The notes under the pieces: model-generated | What the model saw: only the letters and a program-made list of their open reading frames with translations | Told to the model about the DNA's origin: nothing | Databases searched by the model: none | Part shown: positions 51,629-61,167 of the stretch, one piece after another | How the letters are laid out: each line of letters starts with the position of its first letter | Position numbering within the stretch: position 1 is the first letter of the stretch | Virus record (IMG/VR): IMGVR_UViG_3300025141_000048 | DNA length: 64,000 bases | Reading direction: 5' to 3' (one strand) | Source: a virus | Position numbers and translations under genes: made by a program

Positions 51629-51883
51629 ATGGTGGACTTGGTGCATGTGATCTGGGGCGACGATCAAGGCTTAGTGTCGTTACGAAAGAAACTTACGCTC
51701 TTCTATGTTGAAGGGCCAAAACAAGTTCTGAAGGACAAAGCAATCCCAACGATTGTCCTTCGGGATAGAGACTTCGGCTTGGTTCCGGAGACGGTAGGAG
51801 ACAGAGCAGAATGGAAACATGTTATCCCATTGCTCAAACATAAAGCGTTTCCTATCCAGAAACGAATGCAGGTTCCTACATAA
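51629..51883 (+). CDS. Hypothetical protein
   Basis: 84 aa ORF. Confidence 0.4.
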   Translation: MVDLVHVIWGDDQGLVSLRKKLTLFYVEGPKQVLKDKAIPTIVLRDRDFGLVPETVGDRAEWKHVIPLLKHKAFPIQKRMQVPT

Positions 51884-51900
51884 ACAGAAAGGAAAATACC

Positions 51901-52239
51901 GTGCAAAGTCAATTCGCAAAAGACTTATTGTTGGCAACGTTTACCAACAGTCAATTCAATGCTCGTCGATTCTTCGAGTCTTCTCAGATTGAACAGGACA
52001 AATTCCTGGGTGAAATCGCTAGTCTGGCTGAGTGTTTCGAGGAGGGGGATCTGAAAACCCCTGATCAAGGTCCTCTATTACTTGGAGACGAAGAGGCGGA
52101 CATCTCGTCATCAGTTCATTTGGTTTTGGAACAAACCATAGGGGCGAGTCTTATTGATGGTACTGCTGGTAAATTCTTGGATTCGTTGAATGACCAAGGA
52201 TTAAAAGTCACAAGAGTGAACCCATGTGGATGCCAATGA
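51901..52239 (+). CDS. Hypothetical protein
   Basis: GTG start with SD GAAAGGA. Confidence 0.55.
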   Translation: MQSQFAKDLLLATFTNSQFNARRFFESSQIEQDKFLGEIASLAECFEEGDLKTPDQGPLLLGDEEADISSSVHLVLEQTIGASLIDGTAGKFLDSLNDQGLKVTRVNPCGCQ

Positions 52240-52268
52240 TTGACATCGGATGAACAGTATGGTAAATT

Positions 52269-52297
52269 CTCCATAGCTGGTATCCGATTGATATAAT
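52269..52297 (+). promoter_or_regulatory. CCATAG-class promoter 16/28
   Basis: CTCCATAG-CTGGTATCCGAT-TGATATAAT. Confidence 0.8.
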
Positions 52298-52332
52298 GGA
52301 ACGCTCAAAGACAAACAGCAAGGAGCCCAATC

Positions 52333-53694
52333 ATGCCTACAGTTAAGCCCGGCGATTCTGGATTCGTTGACGAAAGTATCCTCAAAACCGCTACTTGGAC
52401 GACCCGCCTTATCATGGTGGACGTTGGCGTAAACAATAACAAATTCCTCGAAGCCTACGTTTTGCCCGATGGGCGATTCGTTGTCATCAATGGACGGGTC
52501 GGCGTTACTCGAAACCAGCAGCCGTCTAAGAATGGCGGACAGTCCGTTGCTGATAAATGGTACAACTCGAAAATCAAAAAGGGCTATCAAGAGGAACGAA
52601 CCGTGGCGGGATCGAATGCCGCCTCATCGTCCGGTAGTCAAAAGGTCGCTTCCAACAAGCGATCATTGTTGCAGATCGCTTTGGATCAGATTCAGGGCAG
52701 CCAAGTTGTTCAGGACTTGGTTAAGTATCTGGTCGATGCCAACATTCATACAATCACGTCGGCAACCAAGATCACGTTTGATGAATCGGCGGGATCATTC
52801 CGAACCCCTAGAGGTTTGGTTGAAGCGTCGGCCATTGATGAAGCAAGGGATTTGCTTGTTCCTATCGGTGACTATGTCGCCAAGGGAGATATTAACAAAA
52901 AGGGTTGCCTCGATGTTGTCTCCGAATACTGCATGTTGATTCCGCAGAATGTCGGCATGACCAGAGGTTGGCATGAGCGTTTGTTCTCATGCGTTGCTGA
53001 CGTTCAAAAGCAGAACGATGTTTTGGATGCGTTGTCATCTTCGCTTCAAGATGCGTTGACTGCCAATGCAAAGCCGACTAAGGGCAAAAAGAAAAAGGCT
53101 GATGCTCCCAAGGTCTTTACCGTCGAGCTTGAGCCGGTTGCTGATAAGAAGATTGTCGCAGCGGTTCGTAAGAAATACAAAGCTGACAAAGGCAATCATT
53201 ACGACGTTGCCACTTTGGATATCAAGGCGGTTTGGGCGGTTCATCTTCCGCCTGTTCGTTCGGCGTTTAAGACTGACGGAATGATTGTCGGCGGCGTCAT
53301 GCAGTTGTGGCATGGAACGAAAGCGTCCAACTTACTTTCGATCTTGAAGGGCGGATTGGTTATTCCGTCGTCAAGCTCTGGTCATGTTACTGGTCGAATG
53401 TTTGGCGATGGTTTGTACTTCTCCGATCAATCGACTAAGAGCCTGCGTTATGCCACGAATGCTTGGGCAGGTGGCGGGCGAACGGATCGGCGTTTCATGT
53501 TCCTTGCTGACGTTGCAATGGGCAAGCCTCATCATCCCAACAATTCTAATTGGTCGATGCGTAAAGCTCCGGCTGGTTATGATTCGACGTATGCTAAAGC
53601 CGGTGCTTGCGTTTCAAACAATGAGATGATCGTTTACAGAACGTCGCAAGCTGACTTGACTTATCTGATTGAGTTTACGCCAAACGGTTGCTGA
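52333..53694 (+). CDS. WGR-domain + regulatory helical domain + PARP catalytic domain (ADP-ribosyltransferase)
   Basis: NNNKF.E…NGRVG (WGR-like); LWHGT, GRMFGDGLYF…SLRY, FLADVAMG, NNEMIVY. Confidence 0.88.
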   Translation: MPTVKPGDSGFVDESILKTATWTTRLIMVDVGVNNNKFLEAYVLPDGRFVVINGRVGVTRNQQPSKNGGQSVADKWYNSKIKKGYQEERTVAGSNAASSSGSQKVASNKRSLLQIALDQIQGSQVVQDLVKYLVDANIHTITSATKITFDESAGSFRTPRGLVEASAIDEARDLLVPIGDYVAKGDINKKGCLDVVSEYCMLIPQNVGMTRGWHERLFSCVADVQKQNDVLDALSSSLQDALTANAKPTKGKKKKADAPKVFTVELEPVADKKIVAAVRKKYKADKGNHYDVATLDIKAVWAVHLPPVRSAFKTDGMIVGGVMQLWHGTKASNLLSILKGGLVIPSSSSGHVTGRMFGDGLYFSDQSTKSLRYATNAWAGGGRTDRRFMFLADVAMGKPHHPNNSNWSMRKAPAGYDSTYAKAGACVSNNEMIVYRTSQADLTYLIEFTPNGC

Positions 53695-53696
53695 AT

Positions 53697-53725
53697 TTCC
53701 ATAGCCAAATTTTGGCTGATATAAT
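53697..53725 (+). promoter_or_regulatory. CCATAG-class promoter 17/28
   Basis: TTCCATAG-CCAAATTTTGGC-TGATATAAT. Confidence 0.8.
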
Positions 53726-53730
53726 GGATC

Positions 53731-54312
53731 ATGAAAGTACTCATTGCATGTGAATTGAGCGGGACCGTCCGAGACGCATTTATCCATAAAGGACATGATG
53801 CTTGGTCTTGCGACTTGGAACCTACCGAGTCGCCCGGTCCTCACTTCCAAAGGGATGTACTTGAAGTCATCGCCGATGGTTGGGATCTTATGATCGCTCA
53901 TCCTCCATGCACTTATCTTACGTCCAGCGGATTGCATTGGAACAAACGTCGCCCCGAACGAGCAATCAAAACGGAAGAGGCGTTGGCGTTTGTCCAAGCA
54001 TTCTTTGATGCTGACGTTGATAAAATCGTCATTGAGAATCCGGTTGGTTGTATTAGTACTCGTATCCGTAAACCGGATCAGATCATTCAGCCGTATCACT
54101 TTGGTCATTCCGAATCTAAGGGTACTTGCCTTTGGTTAAAGAATGTTCCTAAGCTGGTTCATACGGATGTTTTGTCTAAGCCTGAATGCGGGTATTGGGA
54201 CAATCAAACTCCGAGCGGGCAGAATAAACTTGGTCCGTCACCGGATCGAGCTAAGAAAAGAAGTTATACCTACGTTGGTATCGCAAACGCAATGGCCGAT
54301 CAATGGGGATAA
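53731..54312 (+). CDS. Short phage-type DNA cytosine methyltransferase
   Basis: VLIACE.SG, AHPPC, IENPVG, K.TCLW. Confidence 0.8.
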   Translation: MKVLIACELSGTVRDAFIHKGHDAWSCDLEPTESPGPHFQRDVLEVIADGWDLMIAHPPCTYLTSSGLHWNKRRPERAIKTEEALAFVQAFFDADVDKIVIENPVGCISTRIRKPDQIIQPYHFGHSESKGTCLWLKNVPKLVHTDVLSKPECGYWDNQTPSGQNKLGPSPDRAKKRSYTYVGIANAMADQWG

Positions 54313-54526
54313 ATCATGTTTGAATTGTTCATTACAATTGGACGTTTCTCAGGATCGGATAGCTTGCATATCTTTCTCCCCGATATTAGTAACGATTCAC
54401 TTCTTGGCATCTGCGAAGAATGGGTCAAGAGGACACCGAATGCGAGTCACATGGGGACGCAAGTCCTGTTCACAATCTGATCGCTGTCTATTCTATCCCT
54501 GATCGGGAATTGATTGTGATTTAGTT

Positions 54527-54555
54527 TTCCATAGTCGATTTTCGGCAGATATAAT
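54527..54555 (+). promoter_or_regulatory. CCATAG-class promoter 18/28
   Basis: TTCCATAG-TCGATTTTCGGC-AGATATAAT. Confidence 0.8.
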
Positions 54556-54560
54556 GTTCC

Positions 54561-55214
54561 ATGATACAGCAGACAAACACAATTCGACGTAAGGCCCAAC
54601 TGTTGGGCGGCAAGACTCATTATGCCCATTACGATCAAGCTTATGGGGCAAAGCTTAGAATTGTTTTTCCCGACTCGGAGAGTCTCGCTGAAATGACAGC
54701 ATGGTTAACTGATCTTGCGGTTCATTATCGGCTTCATCGCCCCCTTTGGGATGAAACGAATACTCTCGATATTCGAGTTACTCGCAAAGCTCCGCAAGCT
54801 ATGTGTGAAGATGATGTCTTGGCTGCTGTCATGGAAGCGTATGCGGATTCCCATGGGTACTTCCCTGTTGGCGATCAGGTACGAGAAAACAAAGCGTACA
54901 AATATCGCAATCTCTGGTTCCGGGCCAATCTCCCTGTCGGTAGAACGGCTGCCAAGGCTACCATGGCTCGGGTGTTACAATACACGCTTGAAGATGGTAC
55001 GCCCGAACCTGATTGTTTTCCCGGCTACAATGAATTCGAGCCTGATCTGATCGATAAGTTTCCCGAAGATACTCAATTCCTTATCGCAAGGGAAGGCAGC
55101 GTATGTCTTTACGTCAAGAGTCGTAAGAGACTCCCGACGATGGCTGCTGTTTGTTGCGATGAAATGCACCAGTATAAGGGAGACGACGGATATACCCGCT
55201 ATTGGTGGGATTGA
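54561..55214 (+). CDS. Hypothetical protein
   Basis: Leaderless after a CCATAG promoter; AREGSVCLY, RYWWD. Confidence 0.65.
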   Translation: MIQQTNTIRRKAQLLGGKTHYAHYDQAYGAKLRIVFPDSESLAEMTAWLTDLAVHYRLHRPLWDETNTLDIRVTRKAPQAMCEDDVLAAVMEAYADSHGYFPVGDQVRENKAYKYRNLWFRANLPVGRTAAKATMARVLQYTLEDGTPEPDCFPGYNEFEPDLIDKFPEDTQFLIAREGSVCLYVKSRKRLPTMAAVCCDEMHQYKGDDGYTRYWWD

Positions 55215-55217
55215 ATT

Positions 55218-55246
55218 CTCCATAACCACAAAACCTCTGATATAAT
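55218..55246 (+). promoter_or_regulatory. CCATAG-class promoter 19/28
   Basis: CTCCATAA-CCACAAAACCTC-TGATATAAT. Confidence 0.75.
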
Positions 55247-55270
55247 CTGGTACGAAAGGAAAAAAGCCTC

Positions 55271-56086
55271 ATGCCTGACTACAAAGAAATCAAGACAATC
55301 GACCCCGTCATCGACCGTACCGACGTTGTTACGGAATTGAAGCATGACGGAACCTGCATGGAATGGGATGGTCAACATCTCGTTTCCGAGCGTGGCATCG
55401 TCCGAGATGATCGCTTCCCTCACATCGTTCAAGAGCTTAAGGGCTTCAATTGGAAGCTCCAAGGCGAAATCGCCGTACCCGGCGGTAACGTTCATGACAT
55501 CAACGCAAGTATCAATTGGCAGAAAGGTTTGTTCTACGCCTTTCAGATCAATGAGCTTGACGGTGACGATTGGACGGATGCTTTGCCGGTCGATGTTCGA
55601 GCCAAGCTCGACGAGCTTTTCGACATCTCCGCCAATTCGTTCAAAGCTCTGCGAACCGTCAAGCGTTTCCCGACTGTCAAGGCAGGATGGAAGTTCATTC
55701 AGCATCATTGTAAGCTGGATCATTACGTTGAAGGTTTGGTTATCAAGCCTCATGACGGAAGCAAGGGAATCAAGTTTAAGATTCTGCGGGAAGGCAAGTT
55801 CCCTGTTCTCGATCACGAACCCGGCAAAGATACGGGCGACGGTCCTGCTAAGGGAGCTTTTATCATTGATTGCCTTAATGGCAATCGGGGTAAATGCTCT
55901 GCTCTGTCGGTTGGATACGTTGACCGTTTCCATAAAATGGTCAAGGCGGGTCAGACGCCGTATGCTGAGATTGAATATCCGTTCATGACAAGCAATGGTA
56001 CTGGCGTTCTGTTTCAGCCTCGCTTGCGGGACTTGGATACGCTCGCCGAGTTGCAGAAGAAATTCCCTGAGAACAAGGTGGCATAA
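55271..56086 (+). CDS. Minimal ATP-dependent DNA ligase
   Basis: ELKHDG (motif I), LQGEI, EGLVIK, KFK, C-terminal OB fold FQPRL. Confidence 0.8.
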   Translation: MPDYKEIKTIDPVIDRTDVVTELKHDGTCMEWDGQHLVSERGIVRDDRFPHIVQELKGFNWKLQGEIAVPGGNVHDINASINWQKGLFYAFQINELDGDDWTDALPVDVRAKLDELFDISANSFKALRTVKRFPTVKAGWKFIQHHCKLDHYVEGLVIKPHDGSKGIKFKILREGKFPVLDHEPGKDTGDGPAKGAFIIDCLNGNRGKCSALSVGYVDRFHKMVKAGQTPYAEIEYPFMTSNGTGVLFQPRLRDLDTLAELQKKFPENKVA

Positions 56087-56374
56087 ATGCCTCGACTTCC
56101 CAAAACCATTACGATCTATGTTCCGGAAAAGGTTGATACTGTTACTTTCTTCCGATCAGAGTTGGAAAGAATTCTCAGGACAGCCCCCCGTAATGATAAG
56201 AAACTTATACGACAGGCTATTGATCTTTTGGTTGGGTTCCCTGGCCGACGAGAGGTTGGTTTGGCTTTCAAGTGCTTTATGGAAACCGACCGGAGAGATG
56301 ACATGAATGAAGAGTTGTGGGATGCCTTGCAGGAAGCTTTTTCTGATGGGGTCTTCTACAGGTTTCCCGAGTAA
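56087..56374 (+). CDS. Hypothetical protein
   Basis: Coupled ORF. Confidence 0.45.
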   Translation: MPRLPKTITIYVPEKVDTVTFFRSELERILRTAPRNDKKLIRQAIDLLVGFPGRREVGLAFKCFMETDRRDDMNEELWDALQEAFSDGVFYRFPE

Positions 56375-56422
56375 CAATACCATAGCCGAAAATCGCTGGT
56401 AATACGGCGAAAGGAAAGATAC

Positions 56423-56707
56423 ATGAATTCTCACGAAATGGCCAAACTTCTCTACGAAAGCTATCCGCATGGCGATTTACTGAACCTTGATCCGGAAACG
56501 TCACTGAAAGATATGGATACGCTCTTGGAGGATGCCAAACGATCAGGTGATACCCTCTTCCTTTTCTTGGTCCGGGAGACTCATGATCTCAAAGAGGAAA
56601 ATGGAAGCTACACCGAAGCATCGTTTGAAAATCTGATCTACAAAGCAATCGACGAATTGCACGAAGTTCTCGATGCAATGCGATTCGGGAGAAAACCCAA
56701 TGCCTGA
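56423..56707 (+). CDS. Hypothetical protein
   Basis: SD GAAAGGA; GDTLFLFL motif. Confidence 0.6.
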   Translation: MNSHEMAKLLYESYPHGDLLNLDPETSLKDMDTLLEDAKRSGDTLFLFLVRETHDLKEENGSYTEASFENLIYKAIDELHEVLDAMRFGRKPNA

Positions 56708-57227
56708 TAAACTCCCATTACTTGGTGACACTGCTCTCATCTATCCCGGTAGCAAAGCTGAGGATAAGACGATCATGGAGGGTAAAGTCTCCCTGTTGAT
56801 CGAAAACGATCATAAAGTCATCCATGAAGTCGTCGTCGAATTCGAAGGCGGAGGTTGTGGGGGATTTGACGTTTTCTGTTATGGTCAAGACTACTCCATC
56901 TATTTTGCCCCCGATGAATCCGAAGTCCCCGACGTTCTGAAAAAGGAATTGAAACGACTCCGGGAATATGTCAACGATGACACCGTTTTCGATCCTATTG
57001 CTGTGCGTCGAATGTCTACTGATCCTCGAAGCTATATCATCGTCAACAAGATTGATGGGTTTGAGGTCGATGTCGTAAGCGAAATGACTGAGGCGGCGGA
57101 CTACGCTCATTGGGGTGGCGACAAACGTATGTCAAACGGGAAATGGCAGATGAATGACTGCGAAATCAGCCTGCAATGCGGTGATTTAACGTTCCCGACG
57201 CCGGAGGATTATGAGTCAAACGGATAA
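56700..57227 (+). CDS. Hypothetical protein
   Basis: 175 aa acidic ORF. Confidence 0.55.
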   Translation: MPDKLPLLGDTALIYPGSKAEDKTIMEGKVSLLIENDHKVIHEVVVEFEGGGCGGFDVFCYGQDYSIYFAPDESEVPDVLKKELKRLREYVNDDTVFDPIAVRRMSTDPRSYIIVNKIDGFEVDVVSEMTEAADYAHWGGDKRMSNGKWQMNDCEISLQCGDLTFPTPEDYESNG

Positions 57228-57228
57228 T

Positions 57229-57257
57229 TTCCATAGCTGGAGATTTTCTGATATAAT
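57229..57257 (+). promoter_or_regulatory. CCATAG-class promoter 20/28
   Basis: TTCCATAG-CTGGAGATTTTC-TGATATAAT. Confidence 0.8.
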
Positions 57258-57316
57258 GTATCTGCGTAACCGATAGTCTCAAGGAACCAAAGAGCTAAAG
57301 CCAAAGGAGAACCGAA

Positions 57317-58045
57317 ATGTGCAACATTGCGAATCAAGTCCTTGTCGAAGATCAGATTGCCGCTCATATCGCCGCCGATGAGGTGTTTACCGGCTATCAG
57401 GTCGCCTGCGAAGCGTCCGCCAAGGGGGCCGATGAGCCCAACTGGCATCTCAAGAATCATGTCATCCGGAACTGGGATACGCTGATCGCCCCGCATGGTT
57501 ATCTGCGTACCGCCAGCCTGTTCGTCGGCCAGCCCTCCGGTAAGCCGAACCCGTGGATTTTCTACCCGGCATCGGTTGACCCGGCTGTCTACGCCAACGA
57601 GTGCGTTGTTAAGGCAGGCGGCAGCGCCGCCCCGACCAGCGTTGGTAGCGTCCCCTCTCCGAATCTCGACGTTGACGATGACGTTGACGATGACGGCGAC
57701 GATGATGGCGATGATATCCCGTCCCCGAATGATGGCGCAACTGCAACTGCAACTGCAACTGCAACCGGTCAAGCTCTGACGGCGAAGCAGCGATTGCAAA
57801 TCTCGCCGGATGTTGCGGAGTCGGTTGGCCTTAATCCCGGCAGATCGGCAATCATCGACGCTGACGGCTCGACTCTGAAGATTGCGGCTCAGATGCCGAA
57901 TCTTTCGTCTGCGGCTACGATGCTTTTCGTCAATGCGGATGGTCGCATCCGTCTGAACCAGAAGGAGCTTGCTCTTGCTGGTCTGGACGGAAAGACTCAT
58001 CTGGAAGTCAAGGTCGATGGAACGACCATCGTTGTCTCTGACTGA
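57317..58045 (+). CDS. Putative DNA-binding protein with tandem AbrB/MraZ-like C-terminal repeats and low-complexity linker
   Basis: LQISPDVAESVGLNPG… and VNADGRIRLNQKELALAGL; Asp-rich and Ala-Thr linker. Confidence 0.5.
   Translation: MCNIANQVLVEDQIAAHIAADEVFTGYQVACEASAKGADEPNWHLKNHVIRNWDTLIAPHGYLRTASLFVGQPSGKPNPWIFYPASVDPAVYANECVVKAGGSAAPTSVGSVPSPNLDVDDDVDDDGDDDGDDIPSPNDGATATATATATGQALTAKQRLQISPDVAESVGLNPGRSAIIDADGSTLKIAAQMPNLSSAATMLFVNADGRIRLNQKELALAGLDGKTHLEVKVDGTTIVVSD
57737..57766. repeat. (GCAACT)n hexamer repeat x5
   Basis: Direct reading; encodes (AT)5. Confidence 0.9.
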
Positions 58046-58073
58046 GACCTGATCTAGGCTGTATCTTTCCTGT

Positions 58074-58102
58074 AGCCCGCCTCCGTATGGGGCGGGCTTT
58101 TT
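58074..58102 (+). terminator. Intrinsic terminator abutting the next CCATAG promoter
   Basis: AGCCCGCCTC/GGGGCGGGCT + TTTT. Confidence 0.85.
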
Positions 58103-58130
58103 CCATAGCCAGGAATCCTGTTGATATAAT
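58101..58130 (+). promoter_or_regulatory. CCATAG-class promoter 21/28
   Basis: TTCCATAG-CCAGGAATCCTGT-TGATATAAT. Confidence 0.8.
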
Positions 58131-58153
58131 GCAGCAACAGGAAAGGAAACATC

Positions 58154-58444
58154 ATGAGAGCTGTACGAGTCTGCTTAGGGGCTCTGACAAGAGTCGAGTA
58201 TACTTGTCTTGTCGAAGTCCCAGACAATGCCACCGACGAACAAATCATGGATATGGCTGACAAGATCTATGATCGCACCGATGGCGAAGAATACGTTGAC
58301 GATCCCCATTTCTGGGAAAGAGGGATGACTCAAATCAACGACGATGAATCTGGAGATGATTGCCGAATTGAGTTTATCGCTACACCTGATCCCGAAAACA
58401 ATGGTGACCTTGACATTGAATGGATTCCTGCTGAGGAAGGATAA
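58154..58444 (+). CDS. Acidic hypothetical protein
   Basis: SD GAAAGGA. Confidence 0.65.
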   Translation: MRAVRVCLGALTRVEYTCLVEVPDNATDEQIMDMADKIYDRTDGEEYVDDPHFWERGMTQINDDESGDDCRIEFIATPDPENNGDLDIEWIPAEEG

Positions 58445-58446
58445 TT

Positions 58447-58475
58447 CTCCATTGCTGAGATATCCTTGATATAAT
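58447..58475 (+). promoter_or_regulatory. CCATAG-class promoter 22/28
   Basis: CTCCATTG-CTGAGATATCCT-TGATATAAT. Confidence 0.8.
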
Positions 58476-58494
58476 GGGATAAAAGGTAACACCC

Positions 58495-58905
58495 ATGCTT
58501 AAGAAAGTTACAGTCGGATTCGTTGTTCAGACCTTTGACCCGTATGCGGGCAAATTCGTCAGCCAAGAATTCGTTGCAGGCGATGAGGTAACTTACGAAA
58601 ACGAAATGGGCGATGTCGTCGATGAATGGGAAGAGTATTTGCCCTTCAACATGGTCCAACCGGAACCTTCGGGTTTCGATATCGACATTGTCGTTGAAGC
58701 GATGGGTCATTTCACGCAAACGATTCGGGTAACTGACCCCGACTGGTCTCCCGCCGACATTATCGCCACTTTGCATGAAGGTAGGATTGCCACTACCATA
58801 CAGGAAGGTGGCGATGTCTCCGATGTTGCGACTGGTCGAGTTATTGCCATAGTAACCAATGTTGACAATCATCTTGAGTATTCGGAATTCGAGTTGAAAG
58901 GGTAG
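58495..58905 (+). CDS. Acidic hypothetical protein
   Basis: Follows a CCATTG promoter. Confidence 0.65.
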   Translation: MLKKVTVGFVVQTFDPYAGKFVSQEFVAGDEVTYENEMGDVVDEWEEYLPFNMVQPEPSGFDIDIVVEAMGHFTQTIRVTDPDWSPADIIATLHEGRIATTIQEGGDVSDVATGRVIAIVTNVDNHLEYSEFELKG

Positions 58906-58907
58906 CC

Positions 58908-59387
58908 ATGAACCGTCCGCCCGAATGGAATGAAAAACTCAAGACGTTGTTGCTCAATGGCGGGTCTACCATGGGTGCCGACGCCGAAGGCGTTATGAAT
59001 TACATCTGTGAGTCATTGACTCACGATGAATACAAGTTGGGTTTGGCATTCCTTACATGGGTTTGGCCCGACAAAGGCTTTGGTCATGGAAACATTGACC
59101 AACGATTCGACGAATTCATGGAAGATAGCCATATGTCAGTCTTTTTCGTGACAAGGGACTATAATCTTCCTTGTTATGGTATCGAGGTTAAAACTGACAA
59201 GTACGGGGGAGCTATTATCAGTGATCTGAAAACCGTACCGGCTGATGTTAATGATCCTTTCAACAGAGCAATGGATGGTGTCGAATCATTGATTCTGGCT
59301 GCCGCTTGCGAAGGGATTGATATCGAATCTCCGGCATTTGTTAAAGCCGTCGAAACTGCCGTTGAAGCAATCGGGAACAATACTTAA
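58908..59387 (+). CDS. Hypothetical protein
   Basis: 159 aa; GVESLILAAACEG. Confidence 0.6.
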   Translation: MNRPPEWNEKLKTLLLNGGSTMGADAEGVMNYICESLTHDEYKLGLAFLTWVWPDKGFGHGNIDQRFDEFMEDSHMSVFFVTRDYNLPCYGIEVKTDKYGGAIISDLKTVPADVNDPFNRAMDGVESLILAAACEGIDIESPAFVKAVETAVEAIGNNT

Positions 59388-59393
59388 GCCATT

Positions 59394-59422
59394 TTCCATA
59401 GCCAAAATTCGGCTGATATAAT
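59394..59422 (+). promoter_or_regulatory. CCATAG-class promoter 23/28
   Basis: TTCCATAG-CCAAAATTCGGC-TGATATAAT. Confidence 0.8.
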
Positions 59423-59442
59423 GGGTTGGAAAGGAACCACTT

Positions 59443-61122
59443 ATGTCCAAAGAACAACGTACTCTTACGATGCATCCCAAACTTCTGCTTGACGTTATCC
59501 AACGTCAGGCAGGAACGCTTGAAAAGGCTGTACTCGAAGGCGTTATGAACGCCATCGAAGCCAAAGCTAATACCGTCAGAATCAGTCTGAAAGAGAAGAA
59601 CAACAAAGCCGTCCTCTCTATCGGCGATGATGGTCGTGGTATTACGACAAGGGAGGAAGTTGAACTGTTCTTTGAACAGTTTGGTACGCCTCATGAAGAG
59701 TCGGAAAACAAGATATGGGCTCAATTCAGAATGGGGCGAGGTCAGCTTTTTGCATTCGGTAAGAATGTATGGCGGACTGGTCCATTCAAGATGACAGTCG
59801 ATGTCAAAAACAAGGGCCTTGATTGGCTCTTGGAAAAGAATACCCGCTCTAAGGGTTGCAAGATCGAAGTAGAGTTGTATCAGAATCCCATTGGCTACAG
59901 CTATCCGAGCATTGCATCGTTCAAGGAACGTATTCAGGAATTGGTACGTTTTGTCTCCATCCCCGTTCTGTTCGATGGAGAACAGTTGAACAATGACCCG
60001 AAAGAGTTGGAATGGACATGCCAAGATAAAAACGCTTATTATATGTTCGGAGTTGGCGAGGAATTGAAGGTTTACAACCTTGGCGTATACGTCCATTCGA
60101 TCCCGTCTTATCGCTCCGGCGTCAGCGGAATCGTTGTCTCAAAGAAACAGTTGAAAGTTAACTTCGCCCGCAATGATGTCCATTCGGATTGCCCCATATG
60201 GCAAGACATGGACAAGGTCGTTATTAAGAATCGCAAAAAGACTCGTCAACAGCGTCGGTCGCTCGATAAGTCTGAACGATTGAGTACGCTGATTGACCTG
60301 CGGGATGGTGTCGAGGATTACGATGAAGTCAAAAACATCGGGTTGGTCCATGATGTCAACGGCAGAGTTGTTACGCTTGAAAAGATTCGCAAGCATAAGG
60401 GAGCATGGACCTTTGCTAAGCATGGCGATATCATCGCTGACAAACTCATGCAACAGGGACAGGCCCTTTGTCTTGACGAAAATCTTCCCGAAGCTTTGGG
60501 ATTTACTGGCAATCCCGGTCGCCTGTTCTATTGGTTGGCGAATGCGTTTGCTGCTGATTGGGACCTCTTTCAAAATTGGGGTCACCTTGAGGGTTGTTTT
60601 AAACCGTTCAAAGAATTGCGCAAGCAATTCAATTCAAGCTATTCGATTCTTACCAGTCAATGTCTTACAGCCACCGAGAAGAGAATCCTTGCCATTCTCA
60701 ACAAGATGCCTTGTTGGAAAGGTAGAGAAATCCATATCGGTCTGTCAATGACGGCTTATGGTTGGACCGATGGCGAAACGTATATCGTCATTGAACGTTC
60801 GTTCTTGGATGGACTGAACTTGAATGATAGCATTGGCGTTGGAGCATTGTTCGCCTTACTTTCGCATGAAATGGCTCATGATATCAATACAGCTGGCTCC
60901 CATACTCATGGCGAGGAATTCTTTCGAGGTTTCCATGATATGATTATGTCGGTCGAAGCGGGGGATTGCCGCAGCGCATCGCCGCTGGCTTGGATGTCAA
61001 GCTTTGAGTATCAGATCAAGCGGAGTCGAATCGAAGATCGGCGAGTCAACGAAAGGGATAAGAAACAAAAGCAGCAAGCAAGGACGAACAAAAAACTTGG
61101 CATTGCTGCAAAGGTAAAGTAA
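59443..61122 (+). CDS. GHKL ATPase fused to a C-terminal HExxH zincin-like domain
   Basis: EGVMNAIEA, DDGRGI, QFRMGR; LSHEMAH…HTHGEEF. Confidence 0.8.
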   Translation: MSKEQRTLTMHPKLLLDVIQRQAGTLEKAVLEGVMNAIEAKANTVRISLKEKNNKAVLSIGDDGRGITTREEVELFFEQFGTPHEESENKIWAQFRMGRGQLFAFGKNVWRTGPFKMTVDVKNKGLDWLLEKNTRSKGCKIEVELYQNPIGYSYPSIASFKERIQELVRFVSIPVLFDGEQLNNDPKELEWTCQDKNAYYMFGVGEELKVYNLGVYVHSIPSYRSGVSGIVVSKKQLKVNFARNDVHSDCPIWQDMDKVVIKNRKKTRQQRRSLDKSERLSTLIDLRDGVEDYDEVKNIGLVHDVNGRVVTLEKIRKHKGAWTFAKHGDIIADKLMQQGQALCLDENLPEALGFTGNPGRLFYWLANAFAADWDLFQNWGHLEGCFKPFKELRKQFNSSYSILTSQCLTATEKRILAILNKMPCWKGREIHIGLSMTAYGWTDGETYIVIERSFLDGLNLNDSIGVGALFALLSHEMAHDINTAGSHTHGEEFFRGFHDMIMSVEAGDCRSASPLAWMSSFEYQIKRSRIEDRRVNERDKKQKQQARTNKKLGIAAKVK

Positions 61123-61167
61123 CAACGGAGTGAGAAGAGCATCCCATGGGGATATACGCAAGGGAAC

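Noticed and set aside
56378-56406. 29th CCATAG promoter (ACCATAGCCGAAAATCGCTGGTAATAC)
   Set aside because: Upstream element present but -10 is degenerate; not counted.
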